This document shows positions 27,960 through 41,573 of a DNA stretch of 64,000 nucleotides, piece after piece. The DNA is from the human T2T-CHM13v2.0 reference genome, Homo sapiens: assembly GCF_009914755.1 (NCBI RefSeq), contig NC_060934.1. One strand, 5' to 3'. Within the stretch, counting starts at the first letter, position 1; each line of letters opens with the position of its first letter. The notes below the pieces were generated by a model, which ran no database searches, had not been told where the DNA came from, and was given only the letters and a program-made list of their open reading frames with translations. A program made the translations under genes and the position numbers.

Positions 27960-28570
27960 TAAATATATTTAAGGTGTACAAGTGATTTTTTATATACCTA
28001 GGAATATGATTATGACAGTCATGCCAAATAACATACCCATCATCTCACACAATTATGGTGAAACCACCTTAAATCTTTTTTTTTTTTTTTTTTTTTTTTT
28101 GGAGACAGAGTCTTGCTCTGTCTCCCAGGCGGGAGTGCAGTGGCAAGATCTTGGCTCACTGCAAGCTCTGCCTCCTGGTCCGATTCACACCATTCTCTTG
28201 CCTCAGCCTCCAGAGTAGCTGGGACTACAGGTGCCCACCACAATGCCCGGCTAATTTTTTGTATTTTTAGTAGAGACAGGGTTTCACCATGTTAGCCAAG
28301 ATGGTCTCGATCTTCTGACCTCATGATCCGCCCGCCTCGGCCCCTCAAATTGCTGGGATTACAGGTGTGAGCCACTGCACCCAGCCTTAAATCTACTCTT
28401 TTAGCAAATTTACAGTATACAATACAATATTATTAACTTTAGTCTTTATACTGTTCATTGACTCTCCAGACTTATTTGTCCCACATAACTGCAACTTTGT
28501 GCCCTTTAATATACATCTCCCATTTCTCTTATTTTCCTACCCTTGGTAACCACCTTCTACACTCTTTCTG
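27960..28570 (-). mobile_element. L1MA9/10-like 3' end, split by an AluY
   Basis: 'atatttaaggtgtacaagtga', 'aaatctactcttttagcaaatttacagtatacaatacaatattattaact'. Confidence 0.78.
28076..28386 (-). mobile_element. AluY-type with TSD
   Basis: Long poly-T; gcaagctc...cacaccattctc; TSD ttaaatct at 28069-28076 and 28387-28394. Confidence 0.95.
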
Positions 28571-28719
28571 TTGGGCTTTCTGTTTTTCATTTGTTTCAAA
28601 TGTATTTATATTGCTCACTTAAGCAATTTTAGCATGATTTCTTCAAAAATCGTCACCAGATTATTCTTACAGTTCTGTCATCTCATTGTTGACATCTCTG
28701 TATTTCTTTTTTTCATTAA

Positions 28720-29210
28720 GTCTAAGATCTTCCTGATATTTAATATGACGAATGATACTTGATTGAAACCTGGACATTTTGTTTTATGTTATATGAGACT
28801 GTGAATCATATGTAAGATTTCTACTTTAGCTGCATTTCCTTGATGTCAGCCCAACAGGAAAAGAAAGTAGGTCACTTCATTAATGCCAGGTGGAAGCTGA
28901 AGTCCAGGCACCCTACTCAGCCTCCATAAACAGGAAATCAGGGGACTTTTCCTTACTTCTTGATAGGGATGGGAGTTCTAGCTCCCCACATGGTCTCCAC
29001 TGACACTAAAAGGGGTGGGAGCTTCTTACTGCTAGCAATGATGAACGTCCTGACTCTCCAACAGGACTCTTCTGAAAGCTCAATAACAGAAATAGGAAGG
29101 AGTATATTTCTGGTTGGGGTGAAAGGACGGATTCCTCATGTAGTTTCTGCTACACCATTAAGGGAACAGGGTGTATGCTTGTTACTGGCTAGTGAAGAAG
29201 AAGTAGGCAT
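28720..29210 (-). mobile_element. Old L1M (L1MC/MD-like) 5'-region fragment
   Basis: 'ttgattgaaacctggacatttt...gaagtccaggcaccctactcagcctcc...gctccccacatggtctccactgacac'. Confidence 0.5.
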
Positions 29211-29229
29211 CTCTTCTAGCCTTTATAGA

Positions 29230-30385
29230 TTGGATTTGGCAAGGAAAGCACTTCATTGGTCAACTAATCCAGAGATTCTGGGTGGGCTGGCTGGTGGTTG
29301 CTGCTGGAGTCTTTGGGCAGGCTGGCCTGGTTCCTGGGTGAGCAGGTGGGTGGGCCTGGTGCCTGGGTCCACCAAGATAGGACTGGAGCCTGAGTGCAAA
29401 GTGGTGGGCCTGGATCTTGGGTTGTTAAGGTCAGTCCTGGATCCTGGTTCTGCAGGGGCTTACTAGGTGCCAGGGTGGCCTTGGCACCTGGGTCTGGGGG
29501 ATGGTCCTGAATTCTGGGTCTGCAAAGCCAGCTTGGTGCTGGGGAGGGCCAGAAACCTGAGTCCACAGGAACAGGCTTGTGTCCTGTGTTCTCAGGTGCT
29601 GGCCTAGATCTGTAGAGGTGGTTCTGAAGCCTGATTCACAGGGACTGGCCCAGCACTGAGATATACTGGAATAGGCCTTTACCTTGAATCTGCTGGAGTG
29701 GGCCTGAACCCTGGGCCCACCAGAGCCTAGGGCCTCAGGGGCTGGCCTGATGCCTGGTTTTATGGCTGCTGATCTTGTGCCTGCAGCCACAGCATCTGGC
29801 CTGATGCTAAGGTGGGCATGGAGACTGGGTTCACAGAGCTGAGCCTGGAGCTTGGGTCTGCACAGGCAAGCCTAGGTCCTGGGGCCAGAGGGGCTATTCT
29901 GGCTTTGGTGTGCCTGGAGCCTGGGGATTTGAGGGTCAACCTGCTACTGGGGCAGCCTGGCACTGGTACAGGCCTGGGGCCTAAGTCTGCAGGGGCTGGC
30001 CTGGTGCTAGTGTGGGCCTGGAGGCTGAGTCCACAGATGCCTGCCTGGAGCTTGGGACCACTGGGGCTGGCCTAGTACCAGGGTTGACTGGGGTGGTCCT
30101 GGAGCTGGGATCCCTGGAGAAGTATAGTGCTTACTTCCCTCTTTTTTCCCTAAGCAGAGAGTGTCTCTCTTCACACTGGGATTGGGGAGCAGGTGATACA
30201 GGCCTTATGAAACTCTTTCCTACCCTCTTCAATGAATCTTATTCCTGTGCTCCACCCAGGTGCTTTAACCACTCACCTGGATTCCTTGCCTTTTGCAAAG
30301 GTATTTTCGGATGTGGACAGTTGTTCAAATTGATGTTTCTGTAAGGAGATGGGCACTAGAAAGTCCTATTCCAACATCTTTTTGC
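29230..30385 (-). mobile_element. Old L1M 5'UTR containing a GC-rich degenerate tandem array
   Basis: Recurrent ggggctggcctggtgcctgggtccac-like units; terminus 'cctattccaacatctt' resembles the antisense L1 5' YY1-box end. Confidence 0.7.
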
Positions 30386-30682
30386 CAGAGAACATCTTTA
30401 AAAGCTTTGTTTTCATTTTTGGTTTAACCTGTTATAATCTAGAGGTGTGTTTTGTTAATATTTAATGATTTTTTGCTATAAATTTTTATTTTTATTTCTT
30501 TTATGACCTAATGTATGCTTAGTTTTGAAAATGTTTCATTTATTCTTGAAAAGAAAGTACAATCCCTGCTCTTTGAGTGGAAGGTTTAGAGAAATGACTC
30601 TAAGATTTCATTTTTGCCTGTGCTGGAACCCTAAACATTTGGCAAACGTGGGGACAATTTTTATGCCAATTTCTCCTCCTAA

Positions 30683-31116
<434 letters not shown>

Positions 31117-31679
31117 AGGGTAGATTTTTTGTGTCTCCCTTCAATAATTAAATGTCATATCCAGGTTCCTACCTTTAAGAAGGGAACTTGGTTCCATCTC
31201 TGGCTTATACATGGTTGGTATTTATTAGGCACCAAAACTTCAGCTTCTAGGATACATTTGGTCCTCTTACTTCTGTGCACAGCTAAGTTCCACTTTCTGA
31301 TCATTATTTTAGATTTGAGTTTCCATTTCATGTAGCATTGAGCATTTCTTTTTATTTATTTTTTGCTTTAGTGCTCAGATACGTTGTTTTAAATAATTGT
31401 TTTGCATTCATTTTTTACATATTTAGAATGAAGTCAGATTTTTCTCATCTACTTAACCTCCTCATTGAGAAAAAGTGCTTTGGCTTTGCACTCCAGGTTT
31501 GGCTATCTGATGTTAAGATCTAGCCTATATTGAATGCCACATGTTCCGTCAGGTCATGAAGAATAGTAAATAAAGTAACTAACATTTCTTATGCTATTAT
31601 TGAGAATTCTGAGTCTAAAGTTCTACCTCTGTGTCCTTTCATAGATGGTGCGGCATGGGGGATTGCAGAGTGCAGATTG

Positions 31680-31880
31680 GAGTGTGGATTCAGGAGCAAA
31701 ACTGCATTATTTCAAATCCTAGCTCTGATATTAACCACATGACCTTGGGCAAATTACATAGCCTCTTCTTTTCTCATCTGTGTAATGGGGTCAAAATATT
31801 TACCTATTTCATGTGCTTTTGTGTAAAAATCGGATTATACTATAAGGTAAATGTAACAATGCTCAAAATATAGTATAGAC
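31680..31880 (+). mobile_element. MIR SINE
   Basis: 'ttcaaatcctagctctg...tgaccttgggcaaattac...ttctcatctgtgtaatgggg'. Confidence 0.75.
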
Positions 31881-33158
31881 TTGATGACTCAGTTATGATT
31901 CTGTGTCAATGCACAGCAGTCTCTACGTCTTTTAATCCTGTTACTCTGATAACTTACATATTGTTATGGTTCCATTACACACTGCCTAGCACAAAATAGA
32001 CTCTTCCCAAAAAATGTGTTGAATAGATAACAGAATTATCAATATTTAAGTAAGGAAATAAAACTGAATGTGGGCAGACAATTCAAGATGTGTCACATAG
32101 TATAGACCAGAGTTTTGATGGCTGTCTGTTTTACTATTGATAACTAGGATTTCATCAGCACATGGAAACATCTCTCTGGCCAGCTGTATCACCACGAATA
32201 AGGAAGAGTGTTCTGCTATAAGCATCTACATTTCTCTTCACCACTTTTTACTCTACTGTTTTTTTTAAATATTCCTCTTCTCTGTGATGCAAAAGACATT
32301 CATTATCTTTTATTATCTTCCTTCTTTCTCTGGACTTCTAAAATTGCCTGCTCTCTTGTCTTATACCAGTGTTTTTTTTTTTTTTCTTTAATGTGACTTC
32401 AATGGGTGTTTTTTCTCCTTCTCTCTTCTCTAGATCAATAGTCTCTGTCCCCCTCACCTGATAATTCTACTAGCTTTCATTTTCAAGTCTCTTAAAGCCT
32501 TAGGGGAGAAATCCATTTGAACCTCTTCTTTTTATAACGTTTTGTCTTTCTCCAAAGCAGAGCAGTTTTCTTTACTCAGTGGCAATTTTGTCCTTTCTGA
32601 TGTCCTTTCTGCTGAGGTTTCTGTATCTGCAGGGGCTGCGACAACCCTTGGCCAGATGCTAGGATGTTAAGAAAATTTAAAGTTCATATTAGAGGTGAGC
32701 CTGGTGAGTTTCTAATGTGATCACTGCTGGTATCCTCTCAGGTTTCTATTAGGGAATCCTGCATTTTATTACAAGAAGAGTTCTCTTCTTGGGCCTCTCT
32801 TTCTCTGGGCCTCTTTTTCACTGTTTTGATTTACATGAAAGCTATGCTAACCCCAGGATTCCCTGATAGTGGAAAGGTGAGAGACCCATTTTCTTCATGA
32901 TGTAATGAGAGACCACCACACAGCCAGTGCCACTTGTGATAAAGTCTAGACTGGTGGGTATGCCTGGAAAACCACAACATGGGAAAAATGCAACTTACCC
33001 TGAATCATTTATCTTTATACTTCCTTAAACTTCTGTAAGATCAAATCACACACCCTAATGCTCTACCTCTCTTAGAGAAAGAAAAAAATCTGACATCAGA
33101 GAAAGGAGAATCCTATAATCAGAAAGGAAAATCTACTGATCATTTTTTGTGTTCCTAA

Positions 33159-33525
33159 TGTTATGAACTGGACTGTGTCTCCCCAAAATTCACAAGTTGA
33201 AGTCCTAACCCCAAGTATCTCAGAATGTGACTATATGAGGCCATTAAAATGGGGACTCTAATTCAATCTGATGGGTTTTCTTATAAGAAAAGAAAATGCA
33301 TACACAAAAACAGACACTAAGAATGTGCACAAAGAAAAGCTCATATGAGAACACAGAGAAAAGATGGCCATCTGCGAGCCAAGAAGAGAGGCCTCAGAAG
33401 AAATGAGCTCTGCCAACACCTTGATCTTGGACTTCCAGCCTCCAGACTGTGAATGAATAAATGTCTGTTGCTGAAGCCATGCAGTCTGTGGTATTTTGTT
33501 ATTACAGCCCCACCAAACTAATACA
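33159..33525 (+). mobile_element. MaLR LTR, MLT1B-like
   Basis: tgttatgaactg...'ccaacaccttgatcttggacttccagcctccagactgtga'...aaactaataca. Confidence 0.9.
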
Positions 33526-34539
33526 AATAGTATTGTCATTCCTAGTGCCTGTTAAAACAATCATCACTGAGGTTGCTTTGATGTCCCCATTCTATGGATA
33601 AAATGTATGAACCTCACCAATGTTAAGTAATTTTTCTGCAATACCAGGGCTAGAATTCAAGTGCAGAGAAAGGTAGCCTTGTATTTACAGCATATTCTTA
33701 CCCTTTCTCACCCTGCTTCCTCCACAATTCACAGGTAGCCAGAACTCTCTTTATCAGAGAACCACCTCTCTCAGTCTTTGGACACCAGAGAAAGCTAAGG
33801 AGTGCCTTTTGTTTGGGGACCCAGGTTTGAAAACTCCTACAGACAGGTATCAACACAGCCTAGTGTCAGGCCTCTGGCTTTTCCAATGCTTGAGGAAGAC
33901 TTGTCTGTTACACTAGGATCCGTTCTTTCCAAACCCAGAGACAATCTCTGCTGTGTCTGAGAATAGGAACTGGCCCACTAGAACCTCACCTCTGCTGCGG
34001 CCACATGGCTTAGCCTGAAGCCTCGGCCCACCCCGTCGTTAGGTTTGGCCACTAGACATTCTTGGACCAGCAGAAAGGGAGCAGATGTGATGACAACCAT
34101 GTCACAGCAGAGGTTTCATGAGACGTTTTATGGTTCTGGTGATTTGTGCTCTTTTCCTTCTCCCACAATACGGGGCAGCCAACAAAATGTAACATTAGCA
34201 GGGAATCCACGTTACATTCTGTAAGCCTCGGAGATTTGGGGTTGTTTTTACCTCTGCAGCAAAGCTAATTGGACCATGATATTCACACTGGCCCTCTCAT
34301 TGTGTCAAATACACTGATGCACCGATGGTTTATGCTGCCTAGGGAACTCTCCCATTTGATCCACACACGTTTTTACTTTTTGTTATTCAGATTTTTAGGC
34401 AACTACTCCTTATTCATAGACTATTCTCTTCCATTATTTTCTACTAAGATTTAATGGTCACTGAAATTGCATTAGGTATACATTTGTTAACTTGTTTATT
34501 GCTTGTTTTCTCCAGACTGTAGGTTCATGAGAATACGTG

Positions 34540-34795
34540 TAGTGGTTAAGAACACAGATGTGTTAGTCCAGGTGCCTCCTGCATTATAATTCTGGCACCA
34601 ACGCTGATCAGCTCTGTGACACTGGGAATGCTATTTAACTTAATGGACTTTCGTTGCCTTATTTATAAAGTTTTAATAAAACTAGAATAGAACTCATAGG
34701 GTTGCTTTAGGACTAAATGAGTTAGCAGGTACAAAGCACTCAGCACAGTGCCTGGCACATAGTAAGCACTTGAGGAAGTCTGATATTATTATTAG
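34540..34795 (+). mobile_element. MIR SINE, flanked by L2 3'-end pieces
   Basis: 'gtagtggttaagaacacaga...gcactcagcacagtgcctggcacatagtaagcac'. Confidence 0.8.
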
Positions 34796-37494
34796 TGTTG
34801 GATGCCATGGCATCCAGCTCTGATAACACCCCCAGGATAATGTAGGAGTTTAATAATTTTTTGATAAATGGGTGGATAGATGGATGGAAGGTTGGGAGAT
34901 TGCCATGAAGATTTAGGAAATGTTGCTGACAGAGAATAATATATCATAGTTGAGAGTCAGTGACAATCAGGTGGAAGTCTAATGTACACAAAATGTTTAG
35001 ATTGATTCTTGACAATTAGTCATCAAGATAATGATATTAACAATAACAACAGATATCAATACTACCCTATATTTAGCATCTACTTTTGTTACCTATATTA
35101 TTACATGATTGTAAAAGGGCTATAATATTTTTAGGTAGGACACAGACTTGGTGAGAAGTTACCTGGGCTTACTCAAAAGTTCACAGATTATTGAAGCTGG
35201 ACTTCGAATGTATTCTTCTTTGACTACGTAATACTGTCATGTGCTTATTTAAGTGATTACTTCTTTCTTATCTTCTAGTCCTGCTTTACTAAGATGATTC
35301 ATGTTGTCAATCTTAGTCTGATAAACAACATTATCAATTTCTTTGAATCAACCAATGTTCTGAATCATAGAACAGGTGAAATAAAGAATCCCATCCCAGC
35401 TTCGTGGTAAGATCCATGATGGTCACAGAAAAGCTAGCAGTGATCTGCCGAATAGGTGTGGCTGTGTGCTCCTTCTACTGCCTGCTTCCTGGTCACCCTC
35501 CATGCTAATACTGATGGACTGTCCACTCTTTGGTGGTCACTCTGCTGCAAATAAGTGTTCCAGAAGAAACAACAGAGAAATGAGATATGTCCCTGGCTCT
35601 TTAGGATTGAAACTGTTGAAATAACTGCTAATCCTGAAACGAAAGTAGTTGGAATGTGCTCTTTCCTTTACTTTCTTTTCTAATAATTACATGAATCTTT
35701 GCTGTACATATAAATGGGGGGCACCAAAACTTTTTGAATGTACCCAAGATTACACAGCAGAGGAAGCCATGTGGCTAGGATTCAGATACTGGAAGGCTCT
35801 GTTCACTTTCTACTGTGTCTCTACTGTTAGGTATGAGGAACACCTCATTTTTTCCCATTTAATAGTGAAACCAGGTCTAAAGGCAAAGCTGGTCAGAGAT
35901 ATACACAGAAAGTAGCATAGTGACAAATGCATCTATAGCATGACCATTTCCTAAGGGGTGTGGAGTCCTGCATAGAACACAGCTGCAGCAATTAAAGGAT
36001 CAGTTGATGCTCCGGTCTGTTCAATTGCATGGTTCTCAGTGGCCCTGTGTTTGAAGTTTCCTCTCTGCACATTGCATTTGGGTAGCCCACGTGTGGCCTG
36101 AAGCCTCTCCCTAACTGCTGTGTTTTTGATAGTCCTTACTAGGTGTGCAGATCATGCATTCCAAGTGTAACAGTGGCCACATCCCCTCACTGAACACCAG
36201 CTTCTTTGACCTCTCCCCCCTTGCTGTTTCCAATATGCAGTTTTTCAGAAACACAGCATTGACTCTGGGCCATAAATCATGGCCAACTTGGTGGCATTCA
36301 CTTCCCTCCAAAGGTGGACACATGGCAGGCTACCCTCTGCTCTGCAGAGAAGCTGCCGAAGAGTCACATTACTTCAGCATTATAAATCAGTACCAGGCAT
36401 GCGACAGCATTCTGAGAGCAGGACAATTATTGTCCTAGAAATAAGAAATGCAAATTTCTCTTCCCTCATTGTGGAGGCAACCAGCAGACTTATTCTATGA
36501 TGTTGATCAATGACTTTAATCTATACCCGCCTTCTTCCTTGCAGCTCAGCACTGAGGCACTTTTTGATTTCTCTAGGTGCCATGTGAGTCATTTGGGCCA
36601 CCTTGAAGGGGTGGCTATTAAAATGGTAAGTTTTGGAGAGAAATTTTAATTGTAACTATTTCACCTGAAAACTGAATCCTGGAGGCTTCAACACTTAGGA
36701 GCTGTGTGACCTTGACAATTTAGTTGGCCTCTCTAAGTGAATTTCTTATATGACAAATGCAGACAAAAATATCTATAGCAGAAGCTGGCTTTGTTCTGTA
36801 AACTGGGAGAATTGCTCATTTTGTGTTTACTACTATGTATTTAGTATTATTTGGCCACAGTGGTCAGGTAAGAAGTGATGAAAAAGTGAATCTGTACTAA
36901 TGAATCAATCAAAGCACCAGAAAAATAGGAATAGATTCTCTATCAAGAGATTGTGCAACTTTATTTTTCATATAGTAATTGACAAGCGGGTCTAGCTGAA
37001 GAAAACATAGATGATAATACCAGAGAAAAAGGAGACCAGCATGAACCGCACACCTGCTAGGTTTCAGTCACTGTCTAGGACCATTACCACATGTAAATAA
37101 CCTCCATTATCCTTCAATTTCTTCAACCAAACATGAAGTTTCTGGATTGTTTTAATAACATTATTGGCAAGCAGGTTACATAAAGATATATTCTACCTAT
37201 AAGTCACATGGTATTTACATAAGATCACAAATTTGATGATTTGATGTAGAAATACTGGGTGTTGGAAGAAAATATATGGTAAGAAATCCATTTGAGTTCA
37301 TGCCAATGTGGACCATAGATGCATCAAACAGGAGTAATTAAAGGGCTAGAGACCATAAAATGTCCAAACTGTGCCAGGAGAGGAGATGAACACAAATCAA
37401 CCTCTCTGACTGTGAGTAAAGCTGCAATGGTTGGCTCATAATTTTATCTTGTCTAATAGCGCCACAGTTGTCCATTAAGAGATATGGCTATTGG

Positions 37495-37765
37495 AGCCAG
37501 TTGCAGCAGCTCACACCTGTAATCCCAGTAATTCTTCTCCTTTACTAAGGAGTTCAAGGTCGTCAGCCTGGGCAACATAGCAAGACCCTGTCTCTAAAAA
37601 ATTAAAAAAATAATTAGTTGGGCATGGTGTGCCTGCCTATAGTCCCAGCTACTTGGGAGGCTGAGGCAGGAAGGTGTCTTGAATCCAGGAGTTTGAGGCT
37701 GCAGTGAACTATGATCACCACTGCACTCTAGCCTGGGTGACAGAGTAAGACCCTATCTCTAAAAA
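37495..37765 (+). mobile_element. AluJ with a rearranged left arm
   Basis: 'cagcctgggcaacatagcaagaccctgtctct', 'gaggctgcagtgaactatgatcaccactgcactc'. Confidence 0.88.
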
Positions 37766-38312
37766 TTAATTAATTACAAAATAACTTTAAAAACAAATAT
37801 GATTATTATGGTCATAGAAAGATGCTAAACTGTCCCCTTTCTGGATACATTCTATTCTGTATCCAAGGACATCATAAAGTTTTGAGATAATAATTTTTGA
37901 GAAACGGAGTGGTTTATCTTCCTAACATTATATCAGAAATTCAAGCAGGCATTTCAACAAAGGAGAGCCTTGCAGTACTTAAACTTCAGTTGCATCTTGT
38001 TGCAAGAAAGTTGATGTCTTTATGAAAGGCCTCACAAGGTCACTAAGACCAGAAATATTCTGCCTCTGCTGGATAACTGATGGATCAGTTGATCACAAAG
38101 AAAGCTGAGGATGCAGAGAGGCCTATTCAAAGCTTTGGATTCACTATGAAAGAGTCTTGCAAATAAAGAAACTGTCTATGCACGCTCTCCACTGCCAACT
38201 AGCTGGTCATGATGAATTATCAGGACAATAAATTGTGAATATATATGGGAAGGGAGGGAGGATAATAATTAGAGACATTTTCTGAATTTTTGAGATCCAT
38301 GAGAAAATAATG

Positions 38313-38686
38313 TGACTTATGAACTGCATGCTTATGTTCCCCCAAAAATTCATATGTTGAAGCCTTAACTCCCGATATGATTGTATTTGGAGATGGAGTC
38401 TTTAGAAGGCAGTTGAGGTTAGATGAGGTCATGAGGGTGGGGGTTCTTATGATGTGATTAGTGCCCTTAGAAGAAGAGACACCAGAGATTCTCTCTCTGC
38501 CCCCATGCACACACAGAGAAGAGGTCATGTGAGCACAGAGTGGGATGGCAGTCACCTACAAATCAAGAGATGACGCATCAGATCTACCCTGCCAGAACCT
38601 TGACCTTGGTCTTTCACCCTCCAGAATTCTAAGAAATAAATGTCTATTGTGATATTTTGTTATGGCAGCCTGAGCAGACTAAGAAA
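38313..38686 (+). mobile_element. MaLR LTR, MLT1A-like
   Basis: 'cccccaaaaattcatatgttgaagcc...gttagatgaggtcatgagggtggg...ttgttatggcagcctgagcagactaaga'. Confidence 0.88.
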
Positions 38687-39501
38687 GTGACCATTAGGGC
38701 TATGTCTAAAATCTTCTTTCTAAGTTCTTGCCCCTGAAAAATTAATTTTAGTTTTTATCTGACAGTGGAATAAAGCAGTTGAATGCAGAATGCAATGGAC
38801 ATTTAGCACAATATTCTGATATGTTAAAAGACAAGCACCTTACTTTAAAGGTTTAATCAAGGAAACAGACAGTTGTCTCTGGAACTGTCTGTGGAGCTTG
38901 GAGAGGTGTGATGTGGTGGGAGTTGAGAATAGCCCTGATTGTTACAATCACCAGCTAGCTATCTTACTGCCTGCTCAGTGTCCCAGCCTTCTCATCCCTC
39001 AGCTCCTGCCTTCAATGACTTCTCCTGGAAATCTCAGTCATGTTGCTTGGTAGCTAGATATATGAAAAGCATAAAGAGAGGATCAGCAGTGTCTGCTCTT
39101 TCATCTACAAAAAGGCTTTCAAATTCTTTTTCTTGTCTCCCTTTTCGCTATCATCATCCGAAGGCTGTGTCTCATCATTTCTTAGTGTGAAAATATTTCA
39201 ACATTCCCTGCCCACATGTCCATGACTCATAGTTTTTCTACAACACCAACAACGTATTTATTTCATGGATCTGATCCTTCTACAAAAACCATTGATGGCC
39301 ACCTTACCAACTGCCTATGCTCCAGCTCTGATTTGTTGGTCCAGCTTCATCTCTGGCCAATACCCTCTCTGACCCCTGGGCAAGCTCCATAATTATACTA
39401 CCCACCATTGCTAAATGAATCTTTGGCATTCCCACTTGCAGCAGTGGCCTTCCTAAACTTTCCTGTCTCCAATGCCTTTAAACCCCAGTCCCATTACTTA
39501 T

Positions 39502-39991
39502 TGTGGTAGGTAGAATAATGACCCTCAAAGACGTCCACAACCTAATTTTCAGAACCTATGAATATGTTGTTATATGGTGAGGGAGAATTAAGGTTGCAGA
39601 AGGAATTAAAGTTGCTCAGGAATACAGTTGCCCTTGATATTATCCTGGATTATCCGGAGGGCCTTATGTAATCACAAAGGTCCTTTAACATGGAAGAGGG
39701 AGGCAGAAGGTCAGTGATACAATGTGAAAACACACAATCGGCCATTGTGGCTTTGAAGATGAAAGAGGTCATAAGCCCAAGAATATGAACAGCCTCCAGA
39801 AGCTAAAAAGGCAAAAAAATGGAGTCTTTCCTAGGGACTCCAGAAAGAATATAACCCTGCCAATGTCTTGATTTTTAACCCTGTGTGATCCATTTTGGAC
39901 TTCTGACTTCCAGAACTGTAAGATAAAAAGCTTGTGTTGTATTAAGTTACTGTGTGATAATTATTAACAGCTAAGAAAGGAAACTAATACA
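39502..39991 (+). mobile_element. MaLR LTR, MLT1D-like, with 5-bp TSD
   Basis: tgtggtaggtagaataatg...'attatcctggattatccgg'...aaactaataca; TSD cttat/cttgt. Confidence 0.9.
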
Positions 39992-40166
39992 CTTGTGTTC
40001 ATTCATTATTTTATTCATATTGAGAGTCATTTAAGTTCCTCAATTGGCTAAGCGCTGTGGTAGAAACAGAAGTAGAAGATAATGTGCTGGCCCACAGGCA
40101 TTTAAAATCCACTTTGGAAAGGTAATAACAACTAATGTGTACTGAACACTTGCTCTGATAGTCCTA

Positions 40167-40561
40167 TGCCATAGACTGAATGATTGTGCCCCCTCCCAAA
40201 ATTTGTATGTTGAAATTCTAACCCTCTATGTGATGGTATTAGGAAGTGAGGCCTTTGATAAGAGATTTTGTCATGAGAGGGAGCCCTCATAAATAGGATT
40301 TTTATTTATTTATTAGAGCACTTTTTCATAAGTGCCCTTATAAAAAAAGACCTCAAAGAGCTCCCTCCTCCCTTCCACCATTTGAGATAATAGCGAGAAG
40401 ATGACCATCTATGAACCAGTTGGCCCTCACTGGACACTGCATCTGCCAGCACCTTGATCTTGATCTTCCCAGCTTCCAGAGCTATGATAAATAAATCTCT
40501 GTTCTTTATAAGCCACCCACTTTATGGTATTTTGTTATAGTGGTCCGAGCTGACTAAGACA
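40167..40561 (+). mobile_element. MaLR LTR, MLT1A0-like, inserted in a MIR
   Basis: tgccatagactgaatg...'ccagcaccttgatcttg'...ctgactaagaca. Confidence 0.88.
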
Positions 40562-41573
40562 ACATGGCTGTCACATGGTTCATATATTACCTCACTGCAC
40601 CCTTCCACATCCTTCCACTCTTTGAGTAAAGTAGGCTCAAAGAAGCTAGTAAATTGAGTAAATTCACACAATGGAGGAATTGCCATTTGAACTGAAGTTT
40701 AAGTGACTTCACCTAAAGTAACTTAGCAACTTTTAAAATTTAAAAAATTTTTAACTTTGGGGGGTACATAGTGGGTGTATATAATTATGGGGTATCTGAG
40801 ATATTTTGATACAGGCATTCAATGTGTAATAATCACATCAAAGTTAATGGGGCATCCATCACCTCAAGCATTTATCTTTTGTTAGCTATTTTTTTTAAAT
40901 AATAAAAGAATAGATAGTGCTTTGGGGTTTCAGAGGGAAAAATACTTTTCGAATTGGCAAAATCAATAATAGTTTCTGGGAGTAAGAAGATTTTGAACCA
41001 GATCCGGCTTAGAAGGAACACTATATATTAATTATGATATGCATAGCAAGATGACTATTTAAATAGTCTAGAACTTAATTATGTCTGTATGACTGCTGTT
41101 ATTATTTTCAGGCTAACTGTCCACCACGGTCTGCTCTTGGGGCCTACAGGCTGCCCTTAGGCCCTTGCCATGTGTTACCCTCTGTTCACAACAGGGTAAT
41201 TACTTCATCCTTCATGCAAGCATGGGAATTTCTTTCTGAGGCTTCTTCTTCTTTTAAAGGACTCACCTAATTCATCCTTAATAAATAATGAATTATGCTC
41301 ATTCATTTTTTATTCATACTGCAAACCATTTAAATTTATCAATTTGCTAAGTTCTGTGGTAGATACAGAAGAAATGACTCACTTAATTAGGCCAGACCCA
41401 CCCAGGATCATCTTCATTTGTTGAAACTTAAAGTCAACTGATAAGTTTGTAATGAGCTCATAAAAAGAAAACGCTGCATGCCAAATCCAATTCTGATGTA
41501 GTGCTTGACATAATGGATATTCTTAGGTCAGGGATATTCTTAGGATAGGCTCTCGAAAGACATTTCCTTGTTG

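Noticed and set aside
28170-28190. Small insertions at a similar right-arm position in two AluYs (28176 and 54120)
   Set aside because: The inserted bases differ, so there is no shared source; likely independent events
27982-28295. Alu-derived ORFs (also at 30.7, 46.8, 54.0, 60.8 and 62.7 kb)
   Set aside because: Typical Alu translation artefacts (QAGVQW, LLPQPPE)
28960-30344. Cluster of 67-168-aa ORFs on both strands
   Set aside because: By-product of a GC-rich, stop-poor repeat array in an old L1 5' region
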